Shown one piece after another: positions 51,142-61,356 of a stretch of DNA of 64,000 nucleotides. The translations under genes and the position numbers were made by a program. Every line of letters begins with the position of its first letter. Position 1 is the first letter of the stretch. Source of the stretch: an uncultured bacterium (lineage in GTDB: Bacteria > Patescibacteriota > Doudnabacteria > UBA920); contig CAVVMJ010000003.1 of the NCBI GenBank assembly GCA_963749445.1, forward strand, positions 64,715 through 128,714. Direction: 5' to 3'. Under the pieces are notes generated by a model. That model saw only the letters and a program-made list of their open reading frames with translations. It made no database searches and had not been told where the DNA came from.

Positions 51142-51877
51142 CTTTTGGCAATTGTTCAAAGCCAATTTTAAAATGTTTTACCGCGAAAAGGAAGGCTTTT
51201 ACTGGACCGTGCTGATGCCCGCCCTGATTTACGTCGCCCTGTCGGTTTTGCCCATCAGCAAAGCCCTTGGCAACAATCTAAAATATTCCAATTACGTTTT
51301 GCCCGGAATTATTGCCATGACCATTATGCAGGGCGGCATTTATTCTTTAGCTTATTGGATGGTGGACTTAAAATCCCGCGGCATCATTAAGCGCCTGCTG
51401 GCCACCCCGCTCAAACAATGGCAACTGGCCTTAAGCCTGGTCAGCGCCAGGCTGGTGGTGGTAATTGTCCAGGTGATTCTGTTGACTCTTTTGGGCATTT
51501 TGGTTTTTGGCGCCCAATTTGCCGGCAATGTTTTTTCCACTTTGATTTTGGTGCTTTTAGGCGGCGCGATTTTTTTATTAATGGGTTTGCTAATTTCCAC
51601 CTTTGCCAAAAGCTACGATGCGGCCGCGCCGATTACTTCGGCTATCGGCTTGCCGTTGACTTTTTTAGGGAACATTTTTTACCCGGTTGACGCTCTGCCG
51701 CACGGTTTGCAGGTTTTGGCGCGCCTTTTGCCCATTACCTATTTGGCCGACGGCCTGCGCCAGGCGTATTTGTATCCGTTTGATTTTGCCAAAATCGGTT
51801 TTGATGTTTTGATTTTGACAGTTTGGCTGGCAGCGATGTTGATTATCACTTTGCTATTATTCAGACTAAAAGAATAA
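51134..51877 (+). CDS. ABC-2 type transporter permease
   Basis: Six TM helices; the ABC2 membrane signature. Confidence 0.75.
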   Translation: MNSFWQLFKANFKMFYREKEGFYWTVLMPALIYVALSVLPISKALGNNLKYSNYVLPGIIAMTIMQGGIYSLAYWMVDLKSRGIIKRLLATPLKQWQLALSLVSARLVVVIVQVILLTLLGILVFGAQFAGNVFSTLILVLLGGAIFLLMGLLISTFAKSYDAAAPITSAIGLPLTFLGNIFYPVDALPHGLQVLARLLPITYLADGLRQAYLYPFDFAKIGFDVLILTVWLAAMLIITLLLFRLKE

Positions 51878-51934
51878 AAAGACCGCTGATCGGTGATTGG
51901 TACGCTGAGAAAACGCTGAAATCGGGATTCAGCG

Positions 51935-52294
51935 TTATTTCAGCGTTGCTATCCGCGTATAATCAGCGGCCCCCAAAGCACTTACCTTAACACCCCATGC
52001 AAACCCTAAAGCTTGAGAGATGGTCACGCCAACCCGCACGCCGGTGTAGCTACCAGGGCCTTTGTTGACATAGATCTTCCTTATTCCCCTCCCCAAGACA
52101 TGGGGAGGGTACCTCGAAGGGGCGGGAAAGGTTGATTTAATCTTTACCGATCGCAAAAACTCATCAAGTTTGGCCAATGTCTCATGCGACTTGTGCGGAT
52201 CAATTTTAAAAACGCGCCAGATGATTTTTTTGCCATCGGCAATTCCAAAAGTCGCCTCATTAAAATCCGTGGTGTCTATATATAGGATCATTGA
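51935..52294 (-). CDS. tsaB: TsaB (YeaZ)-like N-terminal-domain protein with an in-frame GC-element insertion
   Basis: MILYIDTT...GPGSYTGVRVGVTISQALGFAWGVKVSALGA. Confidence 0.55.
   Translation of the reverse strand, partial: SMILYIDTTDFNEATFGIADGKKIIWRVFKIDPHKSHETLAKLDEFLRSVKIKSTFPAPSRYPPHVLGRGIRKIYVNKGPGSYTGVRVGVTISQALGFAWGVKVSALGAADYTRIATLK
52078..52135. repeat. GC-rich hairpin-mosaic element copy F, in frame within tsaB
   Basis: cccctcccc-aagacat-ggggaggg...gaaggggcggg. Confidence 0.55.
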
Positions 52295-52362
52295 CATAAA
52301 TGACATGATTGACAAAATTGACATAATTAACCTGCAATCAGAAATTCTAATTATGTCAATTA
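52283..52362. promoter_or_regulatory. iteron-like array of four or five ATTGACA(T/A)AA sites, three direct and one inverted, upstream of tsaB
   Basis: cattgacataaatgacatgattgacaaaattgacataatta ... attatgtcaatta. Confidence 0.4.
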
Positions 52363-53687
52363 TTTAAATTATGACCAATTTTGCTCAATTCTTCTCGCAC
52401 AACTCCGCAATCATCCCACTCAATCCGTTTATTTCCCGGCAAGACCAAAAACTGCTCGCTGCCTTTGCCGGTTATGAGCACAATATCATTCGGTTGGGCA
52501 ATTGATAATGCGCGATAAATAGCTTGTCTCCTATCAAGAATGATTTCATACGGAGGTTTCCTTAATTCATAATTCCTGATTCCTGACTCAATATTCCGCC
52601 CGATTTCCGCCGGGTCAGAGTCGTAAATATCATCGTTGGTTATTATGATTTGATCCGTGAATTTGGCACTGGTTTGCCCGAACTCAAACCTTTTGGCCAC
52701 ATCACGGTGCCCTCCGGTGCTGCCAAAGACGTGGATCAGCCGGTTATGCGGCAGCAGCACGGTCGCCTCCAAAGCCGCGAGGAAACTTGCCGGCTCGCAG
52801 CCGTAATCCACGATTATTTTAAAACCCTGGGAGTTCGGCACGCTTTCCATACGGCCGCGCACTCCGGAAAAACTTTTAAGCGCGGCCGCAGAGTCAGCCA
52901 AACTAACGCCCAAACTGCAAGCGCAGGATACGGCCAAAGCGGCATTTTGCGCGTTAAACGCTCCGAGCATGTTGAAAGAAAAATTTACTCCATCAAGACT
53001 AAATTCCGTCGGCGGACCGGGCTTTATCAGTCGTCCGTAAAAAACTTTTTGCGCCGGAGCCACCTTAATATTGGTAAAAGTCACGCCGAATTTCCGATCA
53101 GCCGGAAAACTGAAAAAATATCCGGACTGGGGGTCGTCAAAATTCATGCCGATCATTTTTTGCGGAAAAAAACTTTTGCGCCGGCCGCCCATCAGCGTCT
53201 TAAACAGTTTACCCTTGGCCGCCTGATAGTTCCCGTAGCTGCCGTGCGCCTGCAAATGCGCGCGCGACAAATTTGTAAATACCGCCACGTCAAAATTTAT
53301 GCCCCAATGCCGGTTTTGCGCTAAACCTTCGGACGTGCATTCCACAATGGCATACTTACAGCGCCTTTGCACCATAGTCCTAAGCTGTTTCTGTAATTTA
53401 ACTTCGCCGGGCATGGACAGCCCATGTTTGTTGATAAAAATATTCTGGCCGTCAAAAAAATCCACAGTGGTAATGTAGCCGGTCTTTTTACCGCAACTGT
53501 TTAAAATATGCGCCAACAGCTGGATAGTAGTGGATTTCCCCGCCGTACCGGTAACGCCGATAACCATCAGTTTTTCGCTCGGCCGCTCATAATAAATATT
53601 GGCGTCCCAAGCCAAAATGCCGTGATAGTAAGGCCTTATCCAGTTAAGCAGCGGCTCGGGAATTAACTTTTTTAAAAAATCTTTCAT
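52356..53687 (-). CDS. murE: Mur ligase family protein (MurE-like)
   Basis: VIGVTGTAGKSTT and VFTNLSRAHLQAHGSYGNY. Start taken at MKDFLKK. Confidence 0.6.
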   Translation of the reverse strand: MKDFLKKLIPEPLLNWIRPYYHGILAWDANIYYERPSEKLMVIGVTGTAGKSTTIQLLAHILNSCGKKTGYITTVDFFDGQNIFINKHGLSMPGEVKLQKQLRTMVQRRCKYAIVECTSEGLAQNRHWGINFDVAVFTNLSRAHLQAHGSYGNYQAAKGKLFKTLMGGRRKSFFPQKMIGMNFDDPQSGYFFSFPADRKFGVTFTNIKVAPAQKVFYGRLIKPGPPTEFSLDGVNFSFNMLGAFNAQNAALAVSCACSLGVSLADSAAALKSFSGVRGRMESVPNSQGFKIIVDYGCEPASFLAALEATVLLPHNRLIHVFGSTGGHRDVAKRFEFGQTSAKFTDQIIITNDDIYDSDPAEIGRNIESGIRNYELRKPPYEIILDRRQAIYRALSIAQPNDIVLITGKGSEQFLVLPGNKRIEWDDCGVVREELSKIGHNLNN

Positions 53688-53860
53688 TTGCAGAATTTCT
53701 TCATTGAACTTTATGCCAACTATACAAGCACTTCCATTTCGAGCCCGAATGCATCTGAGGGCGAGAAATCTGTTAATCCTAGGAATAACAGATCCCTCCA
53801 CTCCTCGGCTGCACTCGTCGGTCGGGATGGGGCACCCCAGGAGCATAAACCCCAATTAGG

Positions 53861-54946
53861 TTATTTTAGCTTGCGCGGCAATGACTTAACAAAAATCCAG
53901 GTGCGGTTAACCTGCCGCAAAGCCTTATAGCCATGATACCACAATTTTTGCCGCGGAATGTCATAAGCCCCGGCGTACTCTTTGATGCTTCCCCCCGCAA
54001 GCCCCGAATCCGATTGAGGGGCAAAACCCATTTTAAACCGCACAAACCCCGGCATATCACCCGAAGCTGTCTCAATTCCCCAAAAATCATAACTGCTAAG
54101 GCCCAAATTTTTGGCATCCCGCATGGCCGTAAAATGAAGAGCGTAAGGAGCCATGACTTCACGATGGTGCTGGCTTGAGCCGCCGAACAAATAAGTCCGC
54201 GTTAATCCAAAATCCACCATAATAGCCGTAGATAACAACTCCCGCTCCAAAAGGGCTTTATAAATATAGAGTCTAACCGCACTGTCTGGATTCTGCACCG
54301 CGAAAAAATTCAGCAGCCCGTCATAATAGGAAAATGGAAAAGTTTGGAAACTCTGCCTGTCCGCTGTATTGATAATTAAATCCAGCGCTTCTTTAACATA
54401 TAAACCATGTCCGGGCACCGCGATTAATTCGCCACTGATTTGCACGCCATGCCTTTGGGCCAATTTAATATTATAGCGGGTTTTGGGGTGCATTTCGGCC
54501 AAAAGCTCATCTTCCGTTTTTTTCAAATCCACAACCAAAGTTTTTCCCGGCTGGATGTTGACCGATTTGTAAATCGGCAGGTGGAAAGTGGAAAGTGGAA
54601 AGTGGAAAGTGACTTTTGGCTCAATTCGAATAAATATTGCCGATGGGAATCTTTTTTGCAACTCTTGCACTAACTTTTTACTTTCTACTTTTAACTTTTC
54701 ACTCACTACTGGGCCATAAGGCGCATACAAATAAAACCGACCCAAAGGCAAAGGGCTTTGGATTAGCTGAATGGACGCGACGGTATTGCCGCCATCATCA
54801 TCAATAAAAAACCGGAAAGCTTTTTTCCCTAAGCGTTCCTGCCATTGCCCCCACTCCCAGGACTGCAAGAAAGAGCCACTCTCTTGAGCGGCTACAAAAG
54901 CGTTATAGTGGTCTTTATCGACTGATGATAATTCTACAAGTTTCAT
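53861..54946 (-). CDS. FemAB-family peptidoglycan-bridge aminoacyltransferase, containing a (gtggaaa)x4 heptamer array
   Basis: Overall FemAB-like GNAT duplication; 361 aa. Confidence 0.65.
   Translation of the reverse strand: MKLVELSSVDKDHYNAFVAAQESGSFLQSWEWGQWQERLGKKAFRFFIDDDGGNTVASIQLIQSPLPLGRFYLYAPYGPVVSEKLKVESKKLVQELQKRFPSAIFIRIEPKVTFHFPLSTFHLPIYKSVNIQPGKTLVVDLKKTEDELLAEMHPKTRYNIKLAQRHGVQISGELIAVPGHGLYVKEALDLIINTADRQSFQTFPFSYYDGLLNFFAVQNPDSAVRLYIYKALLERELLSTAIMVDFGLTRTYLFGGSSQHHREVMAPYALHFTAMRDAKNLGLSSYDFWGIETASGDMPGFVRFKMGFAPQSDSGLAGGSIKEYAGAYDIPRQKLWYHGYKALRQVNRTWIFVKSLPRKLK
54581..54608. repeat. heptanucleotide tandem repeat (gtggaaa)x4 inside the FemAB-family gene
   Basis: gtggaaagtggaaagtggaaagtggaaa. 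Confidence 0.7.
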
Positions 54947-55017
54947 TTTATCATTCTAACATCCTAACATTTTATCATTTTGGTTATGCTAAGATGTTAA
55001 AATGATAAAATGAATTT

Positions 55018-55575
55018 TTATCTTTTCCCCAACATTTGTAGAGCCTGTTTTAATTGCTGCTGGCTCGGCAATGTAGCGTCAAGCCTCTTTAACGCCTCCC
55101 GCACCTCGCGACTGTTATAACCAAGCGCGATTAACGCCTCAAACACGTCGCCGCTGGCCACGCCGCCGGCCGATTCAAACGCGCCGACCTTGGATTTTAA
55201 TTCCACAATAATTTTTTCCGCGGTCTTAAGGCCGATGCCGGAAATCCTGGTAAACACGGCCGCGTCTTGGTTAGCTATGGCCTGTCTGACCGCATCCACC
55301 CGCGCGGCGGAAAGTATCGCCAAAGCCACTTTTGGTCCCACGCCGGAAACCGTAATCAGCAGTTCAAAAAACTGCAAAGCCGCAAAATCCAGCAGGCCGT
55401 ACAAAGCCTGCCCGTCATCGCTGACCTTCATATAGGTGTAAAGCGCGGCCGAATCGCCAACCTTGAATTCCAAAGTCTCCGGCGTCACAAACACTTTATA
55501 GCCAACCCCGTTATTTTCCAAAATAATGTAGGTCAGCCCCTTTTCCAAAATTGTGCCTTTTAAATACGCTATCAT
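55018..55575 (-). CDS. ruvA: Holliday junction branch-migration protein RuvA
   Basis: MIAYLKGTILEKG...GVGYKVFV and helix-hairpin-helix motifs; 185 aa. Confidence 0.9.
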   Translation of the reverse strand: MIAYLKGTILEKGLTYIILENNGVGYKVFVTPETLEFKVGDSAALYTYMKVSDDGQALYGLLDFAALQFFELLITVSGVGPKVALAILSAARVDAVRQAIANQDAAVFTRISGIGLKTAEKIIVELKSKVGAFESAGGVASGDVFEALIALGYNSREVREALKRLDATLPSQQQLKQALQMLGKR

Positions 55576-55707
55576 TTACTCGCCAAAATTTTGCCCAAAC
55601 CGGTTGGGCGAATTTAATTATCAAAATAAAGATTAACAACTTAACTTTTTCAGACTACCCACGCAAAATTTCGGTAGATAAACTCATTTTACCACTATAA
55701 AACCCCG

Positions 55708-55736
55708 TTGACAAAGGCAATTTTTAGGCATAGAAT
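55708..55736 (+). promoter_or_regulatory. sigma70 promoter TTGACA-17-TAGAAT driving the ncRNA candidate
   Basis: gTTGACAaaggcaatttttaggcaTAGAATcc. Confidence 0.55.
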
Positions 55737-55743
55737 CCTATTA

Positions 55744-56138
55744 CTTTGGGTGAGTGCGGGCCGCTGGCAGGTCATAGTTGAGCAGCAGCTTGCCAGCGGC
55801 CTTGATCATACCGCCCTTACAGAAGGGTCTGGTGGCCACCCTGCGACCTCGGGGGTACAACCGAGCCCCGCCTGTGATGATGGTCTCCGAACCCCGGGAA
55901 TCGCCAACGCATCGCGGCAAATCGCAAGGCCCACCAGGGCATAATATTTTTCCCTCAGTTCTCGGGGACCGGATCTGAGGTTCGTGTCGGCGGGCTTCAG
56001 CGGATGGCGAAGCATCCAGACGGTCCCCGTCCAGCTTTCAGTAGGAGGAATTTTTACTTTTTTATTAGGAAGCAACTAATCAATGTCTGCTTCCCCCAGA
56101 CGCTGGTTACCCTGAGCAGCCCTGGGTCTTTTTTTTGT
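55744..56138 (+). ncRNA. candidate structured ncRNA of about 395 nt (identity unknown) between ruvA and uvrB
   Basis: Bounded by the consensus promoter and a terminator (cccag...ctggg followed by T8 at 56095..56138). GC-rich with several stable hairpins (gccgctggca...tgccagcggc; ggggaccg...cggtcccc); no credible ORF. Confidence 0.4.
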
Positions 56139-56344
56139 TCTACGATGATGCTAAAATTATACTGTCATTCCCGCGGAAGCGGGAATCTGTTTTCTGGATT
56201 CCGGATATTTTTGACTGATAATAATCTTTGGCAAAAATTCCGGAATGACATAGCGCTATGAATGAATTCACCCTAAAATCCAAATTCAAACCCGCCCTCC
56301 TTCGCTAAAGCTACGGCGGGCCTAATTCCTTTTATAAAATTTTA

Positions 56345-58450
56345 TTGATATTTATTATCATGGGAAAATTTAAACTAAAATCTAAATTCGCTCCGGCCGG
56401 CGACCAGCCGCAGGCGATTGACGGACTGATGAAATCCATTACCGCAGGCCGCCGCTACCAAACCCTTTTGGGCGTAACGGGCAGCGGCAAGACTTTTACC
56501 ATGGCCAACATTATAGAAAAAATCCAAAAACCCACGCTCGTCATTAGCCACAACAAAACTTTAGCCGCGCAATTAGCCGCCGAGTTCCAAGGATATTTTC
56601 CGGACAACGCGGTGCACTATTTTGTTTCCTACTACGATTACTACCAGCCCGAAGCCTACATTCCGCGGACCGACACTTACATAGAAAAGGACACGCAAAT
56701 CAACGAAGAAATCGACCGTTTGCGCAACGCCGCCACCCAATCCTTGCTGTCGCGGCAGGACGTGTTGATAGTGGCCAGTGTTTCCTGCATTTACGGCTTG
56801 GGCAATCCGGCCAATTATTTGGAACTGTCGCTAAAAATCAAGCAGGGCGAAAGCCTAAAACGGGACAAACTGCTGCGGCGGCTGACGGATTTGCAATATC
56901 ACAGAAACGACATAGATTTGCAGCGCGGCACTTTCCGCGCTCGCGGCGACGTGCTGGAAATTATCCTCTCTTCCGAAGACACCATAATCCGCATGGATTT
57001 TTTTGGCGATATTTTGGAAAAGATTGAACGCCTGGACGCGGTCTCCGGGCACAAAATCGAAGATTTGGACGAGTTTACCATTTTCCCGGCCAAGCACTTT
57101 GTCACGCCCGAGGACAAAATTAAGGAAGCCGCGGAAAATATCCGACTGGAGCTGACCGGCCGGCTTGCCGAACTTAAATCGCAGGGAAAAATTTTGGAAG
57201 CGGCGCGGCTTTTGCAGCGCACCAATTTTGATTTGGAAATGCTCACCAACACCGGTTTTGTGGCCGGCATAGAAAACTACTCCCGCCATATGGAAGGCCG
57301 CGAAGCCGGCAGTCCGCCTTCCACGTTAATAGATTATTTTCCGGATGATTTTTTGCTGTTTATTGATGAATCCCACCAGAGCGTACCGCAAATCGGCGCC
57401 ATGTACGAAGGCGACCGCTCGCGCAAAACCACGCTGGTGGATTACGGTTTCCGCCTGCCTTCCGCTTTGGACAACCGGCCGCTGAAGTTTGAGGAATTTG
57501 AAAAAAAGATCCATCAGGTAGTGTTTGTGTCCGCCACTCCCGCGGAATTTGAAATAGAAAGATCGCTGACCCAAAAAGACACCAAATTTACAACCAAATC
57601 CCGGCGCACCGAAGTCGAGCAAAGCATAATTGACGCCAGACCAAAATTAAAACAAATGGGCCCGCCTTCCATCGTAGAACAAATCATCCGCCCTACCGGC
57701 CTTATTGACCCCACGATTGAGATTAAGCCCATAAAAAACCAAGTGGATGATTTAATTGAGCGCATCAAAGAGCGCATGGAAAATCACCAAAGAGTTTTGG
57801 TGGCAACCCTGACCAAGCGCATGGCCGAAGAGCTGACCGAATATTTAAAGGAAGACGGGATTAAAGTGCAGTACGTGCACAGCGATGTGGACACGTTTGA
57901 ACGTTTGGAAATTTTGCGCGATTTACGTTTGGGAATTTATGACGTTTTGGTCGGAATAAATTTGCTTCGCGAGGGTTTGGACTTGCCCGAAGTCTCTCTT
58001 GTGACAATTCTTGACGCGGATAAAGAAGGTTTTTTGCGCTCTGAAACCTTCTTTATGCAAATGATGGGCCGCGCCGCGCGCCACCAGGAAGGCCACGTGG
58101 TTATGTACGCGGACAAAATCACCGGCTCAATGCAGCGCGCCATTGACGAAACCACCCGCCGCCGCAAACTGCAGGAAGCCTACAACAAAAAACACGGCAT
58201 CACGCCGCAAAGCATCCAAAAAGCCATCGGCGATTCCCGCATGGCCGGCAGCAAGGTAGAAATTGAGCTGGCTGATGATGAAGCCAAACGCCGCGACCCC
58301 GGCAAAATGGATAAACAGGAATTAAAATTTTATCTGGACGAACTGGGAGAACAAATGGACTTAGCCGCCAAGAACCTCGAGTTTGAGCTCGCCGCCCGCC
58401 TGCGCGATAGAATATCAGGAATTAAAAAAGTTAAAAAATTAAAAAAGTAG
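56345..58450 (+). CDS. uvrB: excinuclease ABC subunit B
   Basis: [10 protein letters not shown], helicase motifs, C-terminal UVR domain; 701 aa. Confidence 0.95.
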   Translation: MIFIIMGKFKLKSKFAPAGDQPQAIDGLMKSITAGRRYQTLLGVTGSGKTFTMANIIEKIQKPTLVISHNKTLAAQLAAEFQGYFPDNAVHYFVSYYDYYQPEAYIPRTDTYIEKDTQINEEIDRLRNAATQSLLSRQDVLIVASVSCIYGLGNPANYLELSLKIKQGESLKRDKLLRRLTDLQYHRNDIDLQRGTFRARGDVLEIILSSEDTIIRMDFFGDILEKIERLDAVSGHKIEDLDEFTIFPAKHFVTPEDKIKEAAENIRLELTGRLAELKSQGKILEAARLLQRTNFDLEMLTNTGFVAGIENYSRHMEGREAGSPPSTLIDYFPDDFLLFIDESHQSVPQIGAMYEGDRSRKTTLVDYGFRLPSALDNRPLKFEEFEKKIHQVVFVSATPAEFEIERSLTQKDTKFTTKSRRTEVEQSIIDARPKLKQMGPPSIVEQIIRPTGLIDPTIEIKPIKNQVDDLIERIKERMENHQRVLVATLTKRMAEELTEYLKEDGIKVQYVHSDVDTFERLEILRDLRLGIYDVLVGINLLREGLDLPEVSLVTILDADKEGFLRSETFFMQMMGRAARHQEGHVVMYADKITGSMQRAIDETTRRRKLQEAYNKKHGITPQSIQKAIGDSRMAGSKVEIELADDEAKRRDPGKMDKQELKFYLDELGEQMDLAAKNLEFELAARLRDRISGIKKVKKLKK

Positions 58451-58544
58451 CATCTTGCTTTTTTTATCCAATTTTGCTAAACTCCCTATACGTACAAAAA
58501 ACTTTACACTTTTAACTTTAAACTTTTCATCAACCGATAATAAC

Positions 58545-58600
58545 CTCTCTGTCCCGCCAAAGACGGGACATCTCCCCATTAAATGGGGAGAGTAAGACAC
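58545..58600. repeat. GC-rich hairpin-mosaic element copy G in the rpsT 5' UTR
   Basis: cctctctgtcccgcc-aaaga-cgggac and tctcccc-attaaa-tggggaga. Confidence 0.55.
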
Positions 58601-58613
58601 CTAAGTTCACACT

Positions 58614-58877
58614 ATGCCAAATACGAAATCGGCCGCAAAGGCCATGAGACAGAGTTTGCGCCGCAAAGTCCATAACATCAAGGTCAAAAACAGCTTTAAG
58701 GCCGCGGTCAAGGAAGTCAAAAAACTCATAGCCGTCGGCAAAAAAAGCGACGCCGTAGAAGCCATGAAAAAGGCCATGTCCGCGCTGGACAAAGCCGCCA
58801 AAAAGCACGTCATCAAAAAAGGCGCGGCTTCCCGCAAAAAGAGCCGCTTGGCCAAAGCCTTGGCGAAACTTAAATAA
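58614..58877 (+). CDS. rpsT: 30S ribosomal protein S20
   Basis: MPNTKSAAKAMRQSLRRKVHN...; 87 aa and basic. Confidence 0.9.
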   Translation: MPNTKSAAKAMRQSLRRKVHNIKVKNSFKAAVKEVKKLIAVGKKSDAVEAMKKAMSALDKAAKKHVIKKGAASRKKSRLAKALAKLK

Positions 58878-58880
58878 CAA

Positions 58881-58906
58881 AAGCCCTCCGTTTGGAGGGC
58901 TTTTTA
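58881..58906. terminator. bidirectional terminator
   Basis: aagccctccg-tttg-gagggctt followed by ttt. Confidence 0.7.
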
Positions 58907-58922
58907 TTTACCGGCTGGTGAC

Positions 58923-59153
58923 TTAAGCTTGGACCTTATCCTGAACTTCAGCCATTACCTTAAGAAATTCCTGCATATCGTTCTGGAATACGGTTATGGT
59001 TCCGCGATGGCCTTGTCCGTCCTTTATCCAACTTTGACTTATATTTAGGTACTTGTTGCCGTTCTTGGCGGCTTTGACGTCAAAGAAATAGGTCTGCCCC
59101 TTAGTTTTAAGGTTTTGCGAATATATCGCCGGCGTATGTAATTCTTGTGGCAT
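58923..59153 (-). CDS. DUF3276-like (Pur-alpha-like) small protein
   Basis: IYSQNLKTKGQTYFFDVKAAKNGNKYLNISQS. Confidence 0.45.
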   Translation of the reverse strand: MPQELHTPAIYSQNLKTKGQTYFFDVKAAKNGNKYLNISQSWIKDGQGHRGTITVFQNDMQEFLKVMAEVQDKVQA

Positions 59154-59329
59154 ATATTACTAAGTTGATTTACCCGCCAAAACTTTGCCGTGGAGGTTTA
59201 AAAAACCTGACTAATTAGGATTATTCAAATTTTTAAACCACTCCAATACATTGAGCAAAGTTTAGGTGGGTTAATTGATTACGACCTTTGATTAATAACT
59301 CCCGCAGCTGTCGGAAGTAATTATAAAAA

Positions 59330-60457
59330 TCATCTGCGATTAATCAGATTCACTATTAGTTTGACCATTACATCCTTTTGCGTGGGCTTGCTTTCCGCGA
59401 TCAAAAGCGCCAAGGCCACCAAAGCCGTGTCGTTGACCTTGCGCTCGCCTCTTTTGTTGTTGAGATGATTGTTTTCTATCAAAAACAGCAAAAACAGCAA
59501 ACAGCCGATGCGCTTGTTGCCGTCCACGAACGGGTGATCCTTAATGGCAAAGTACAACAGGTGCGCGGCCTTTTCTTCCACGGACGGATAAAGTTCTTTG
59601 CCCGCATAGGTTTGGTAAATTGACCCCAATACCGCCTCCAGTTTGCCACCAACTTCCTGACCGAATAAATCAGACGCCTGCTTTTTGGCCATTAAACGAT
59701 TTTTAAAACGCTCAATGGACTTTTGGATTTCCGGATGACTCAACGGCCGCGAAACTTTTTTGCTGACATTCTCTATCTTAAGTTTATCTTCATCGTACTC
59801 GTGCAAGACCGTCCAAGTATTGGCATAATCCACGATAATATTCAACAAATCCTTTTCATAACCTTCTGTCCGGTCTGCCTCAATAACATTCTGAAATAGC
59901 TTAACCGTTTGCTGTAATTCTTTCAGCTGGCTGTTGTGTTCCTGCTTTAACTGATCCAATCGGTTTTTGTTAACCGCATAACCTTGCAGCAAATAATCAC
60001 GCAGCCTTTGTGTGGCCCAAATGCGGAATTGGGTGCCACGTTTGGAATTTACACGATAGCCGACAGATATAATCATATCCAAACTATAGAAAGTTATATT
60101 TCTTTCTACCTGTTTTTTCCCTTCAAATTGAACTGCCCGGAAATTCCGGGTAGTTTGATTTTGGCTTAATTCAGCCTCTTTATAGACATTCTGAATATGC
60201 TCAGAGATAGTATCCCTATCTTTTTGGAACAAATCCGCCATTTGAGTCTGATTCAACCAAACTGTTTCGCTTTCCAGTTTTACCCGGATTTCCGGTCCTT
60301 CCGGAGCTTTGTAAATGATAATCTCACCTTTTTTTGTTTCTTCTGGCATAAAACTCCTTTTGTTTAAGCCAATTCTGGAATTTCCCATATGGCTTATTTT
60401 TAGCAGACTCAAGTTATTCGGAAATTCCGAATAACTCAGCATGTGCATTTTTTGCAC
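59330..60457 (-). CDS. RhuM-family N-terminal domain fused to a Fic/DOC domain
   Basis: N-terminal VWLNQTQMADLFQKDRDTISEHI...IISVGYRVNSKRGTQFRIWAT (RhuM); C-terminal HPFVDGNKRIG (Fic motif). Confidence 0.7.
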   Translation of the reverse strand: MQKMHMLSYSEFPNNLSLLKISHMGNSRIGLNKRSFMPEETKKGEIIIYKAPEGPEIRVKLESETVWLNQTQMADLFQKDRDTISEHIQNVYKEAELSQNQTTRNFRAVQFEGKKQVERNITFYSLDMIISVGYRVNSKRGTQFRIWATQRLRDYLLQGYAVNKNRLDQLKQEHNSQLKELQQTVKLFQNVIEADRTEGYEKDLLNIIVDYANTWTVLHEYDEDKLKIENVSKKVSRPLSHPEIQKSIERFKNRLMAKKQASDLFGQEVGGKLEAVLGSIYQTYAGKELYPSVEEKAAHLLYFAIKDHPFVDGNKRIGCLLFLLFLIENNHLNNKRGERKVNDTALVALALLIAESKPTQKDVMVKLIVNLINRR

Positions 60458-60498
60458 TAACTTAAATCTTAAATCCTTAATCTTATATCTATCACCTA

Positions 60499-60527
60499 TA
60501 TAGTATACAATCGTTCACCTTACGTCA
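60499..60527 (-). promoter_or_regulatory. conserved promoter/operator motif, copy 2, upstream of the RhuM-Fic gene
   Basis: Reverse strand reads TTGACGTAAGGTGAACGATTGTATACTAT. Confidence 0.5.
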
Positions 60528-60623
60528 AGGCCCTTAAAAATAAAGATAAATTAAATTCTTACCTTAGTTATCCACACTGCTTCGTCCCGATAAATCAGGA
60601 CTTCGCAGTGCAAGCACACACGC

Positions 60624-61355
60624 TCAAACCTCAAAGCTTTTAAGCTTTTCTCTTATATCCGCAATCGCCGTTTCCGTAATGTCTTCTGGTTTGATATTGC
60701 AATGTTCAAATATTTGCCGCTCAATTTTTCTCAAAGCTTCCTCAAACACTTTTCTCTCTTCTTCCTGAGCGCCTTCCTTATGGTCCCGATAACGCGCTTT
60801 AAAATCCTCCATTCTCCGGGACATGCTGCATACGCCATGCGGCATAACGCGCATATCGCAATACGCACAAATCTTTTTGCCAAAATCGCCGCTCTCAGCA
60901 TTATCAACGCCCTGTTCAAACCCCACGCAATCTACCAACTCAAAAATTCTGGGGCTGACCCCAATTTCTTTTATTATTTTTACCGTGGCGTTATGGCTGT
61001 TGGCTCCGTATTTGCCGATAAATTCCTGTTTTACCTTTTCCCAATGCGCCATCGACCCGTCTTTAAAATCATCGGGAAATAATTTTTCCGTTACCCGCAA
61101 ATCAAACTTCACTATGTTCCCCATATCATGCAGCAAACACGCCGCCACGATATTTTCTCGGTCAATATCCAAATTAGTTTCCGCGACAGTCCGCGCATCG
61201 CCCGCCGTAGCCTTTGGCGAAGGCTGGGTTAAATTCTGTGACAGTCCGCGTTCCCAATGCTCACAAATGAACTCCGCCACCGCCGCCACCCTTAACTGGT
61301 GTTCCCCAAGCCGCGGCATAATTTGGTATTTCTTGTAAATGTCTAGAATGCTCAT
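60624..61355 (-). CDS. HD-domain phosphohydrolase
   Basis: HQLRVAAVAEFI...LLHDMGN. Confidence 0.7.
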   Translation of the reverse strand: MSILDIYKKYQIMPRLGEHQLRVAAVAEFICEHWERGLSQNLTQPSPKATAGDARTVAETNLDIDRENIVAACLLHDMGNIVKFDLRVTEKLFPDDFKDGSMAHWEKVKQEFIGKYGANSHNATVKIIKEIGVSPRIFELVDCVGFEQGVDNAESGDFGKKICAYCDMRVMPHGVCSMSRRMEDFKARYRDHKEGAQEEERKVFEEALRKIERQIFEHCNIKPEDITETAIADIREKLKSFEV

Positions 61356-61356
61356 G

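Noticed and set aside
53760-53850. A GGGGTGCCC-containing hairpin region upstream of the Mur ligase gene that resembles the start of a TPP riboswitch
   Set aside because: Only the GGGGUGCCC box and a weak CUGAGA-like segment match. The CUGGNUAAUNCCAGCGNAGGGA part is missing, and a Mur ligase is not a plausible TPP-regulated gene. More likely another GC-rich hairpin element or a terminator.
53688-53855. N-terminal extension of the Mur ligase ORF (MGFMLLGCPIPTDECSRG...)
   Set aside because: Non-protein-like composition across an intergenic hairpin region. The conserved Mur ligase sequence starts at MKDFLKK.
55744-56138. Attempt to assign the ncRNA candidate to tmRNA, RNase P RNA or SRP RNA
   Set aside because: No GGGG...T-arm/CCA (tmRNA), no P4 strands GGAAAGUCCGG / ACAGAANCCGGCUUA (RNase P), and no GGAAGGAAGCAGC domain IV (SRP). 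The identity is left open.
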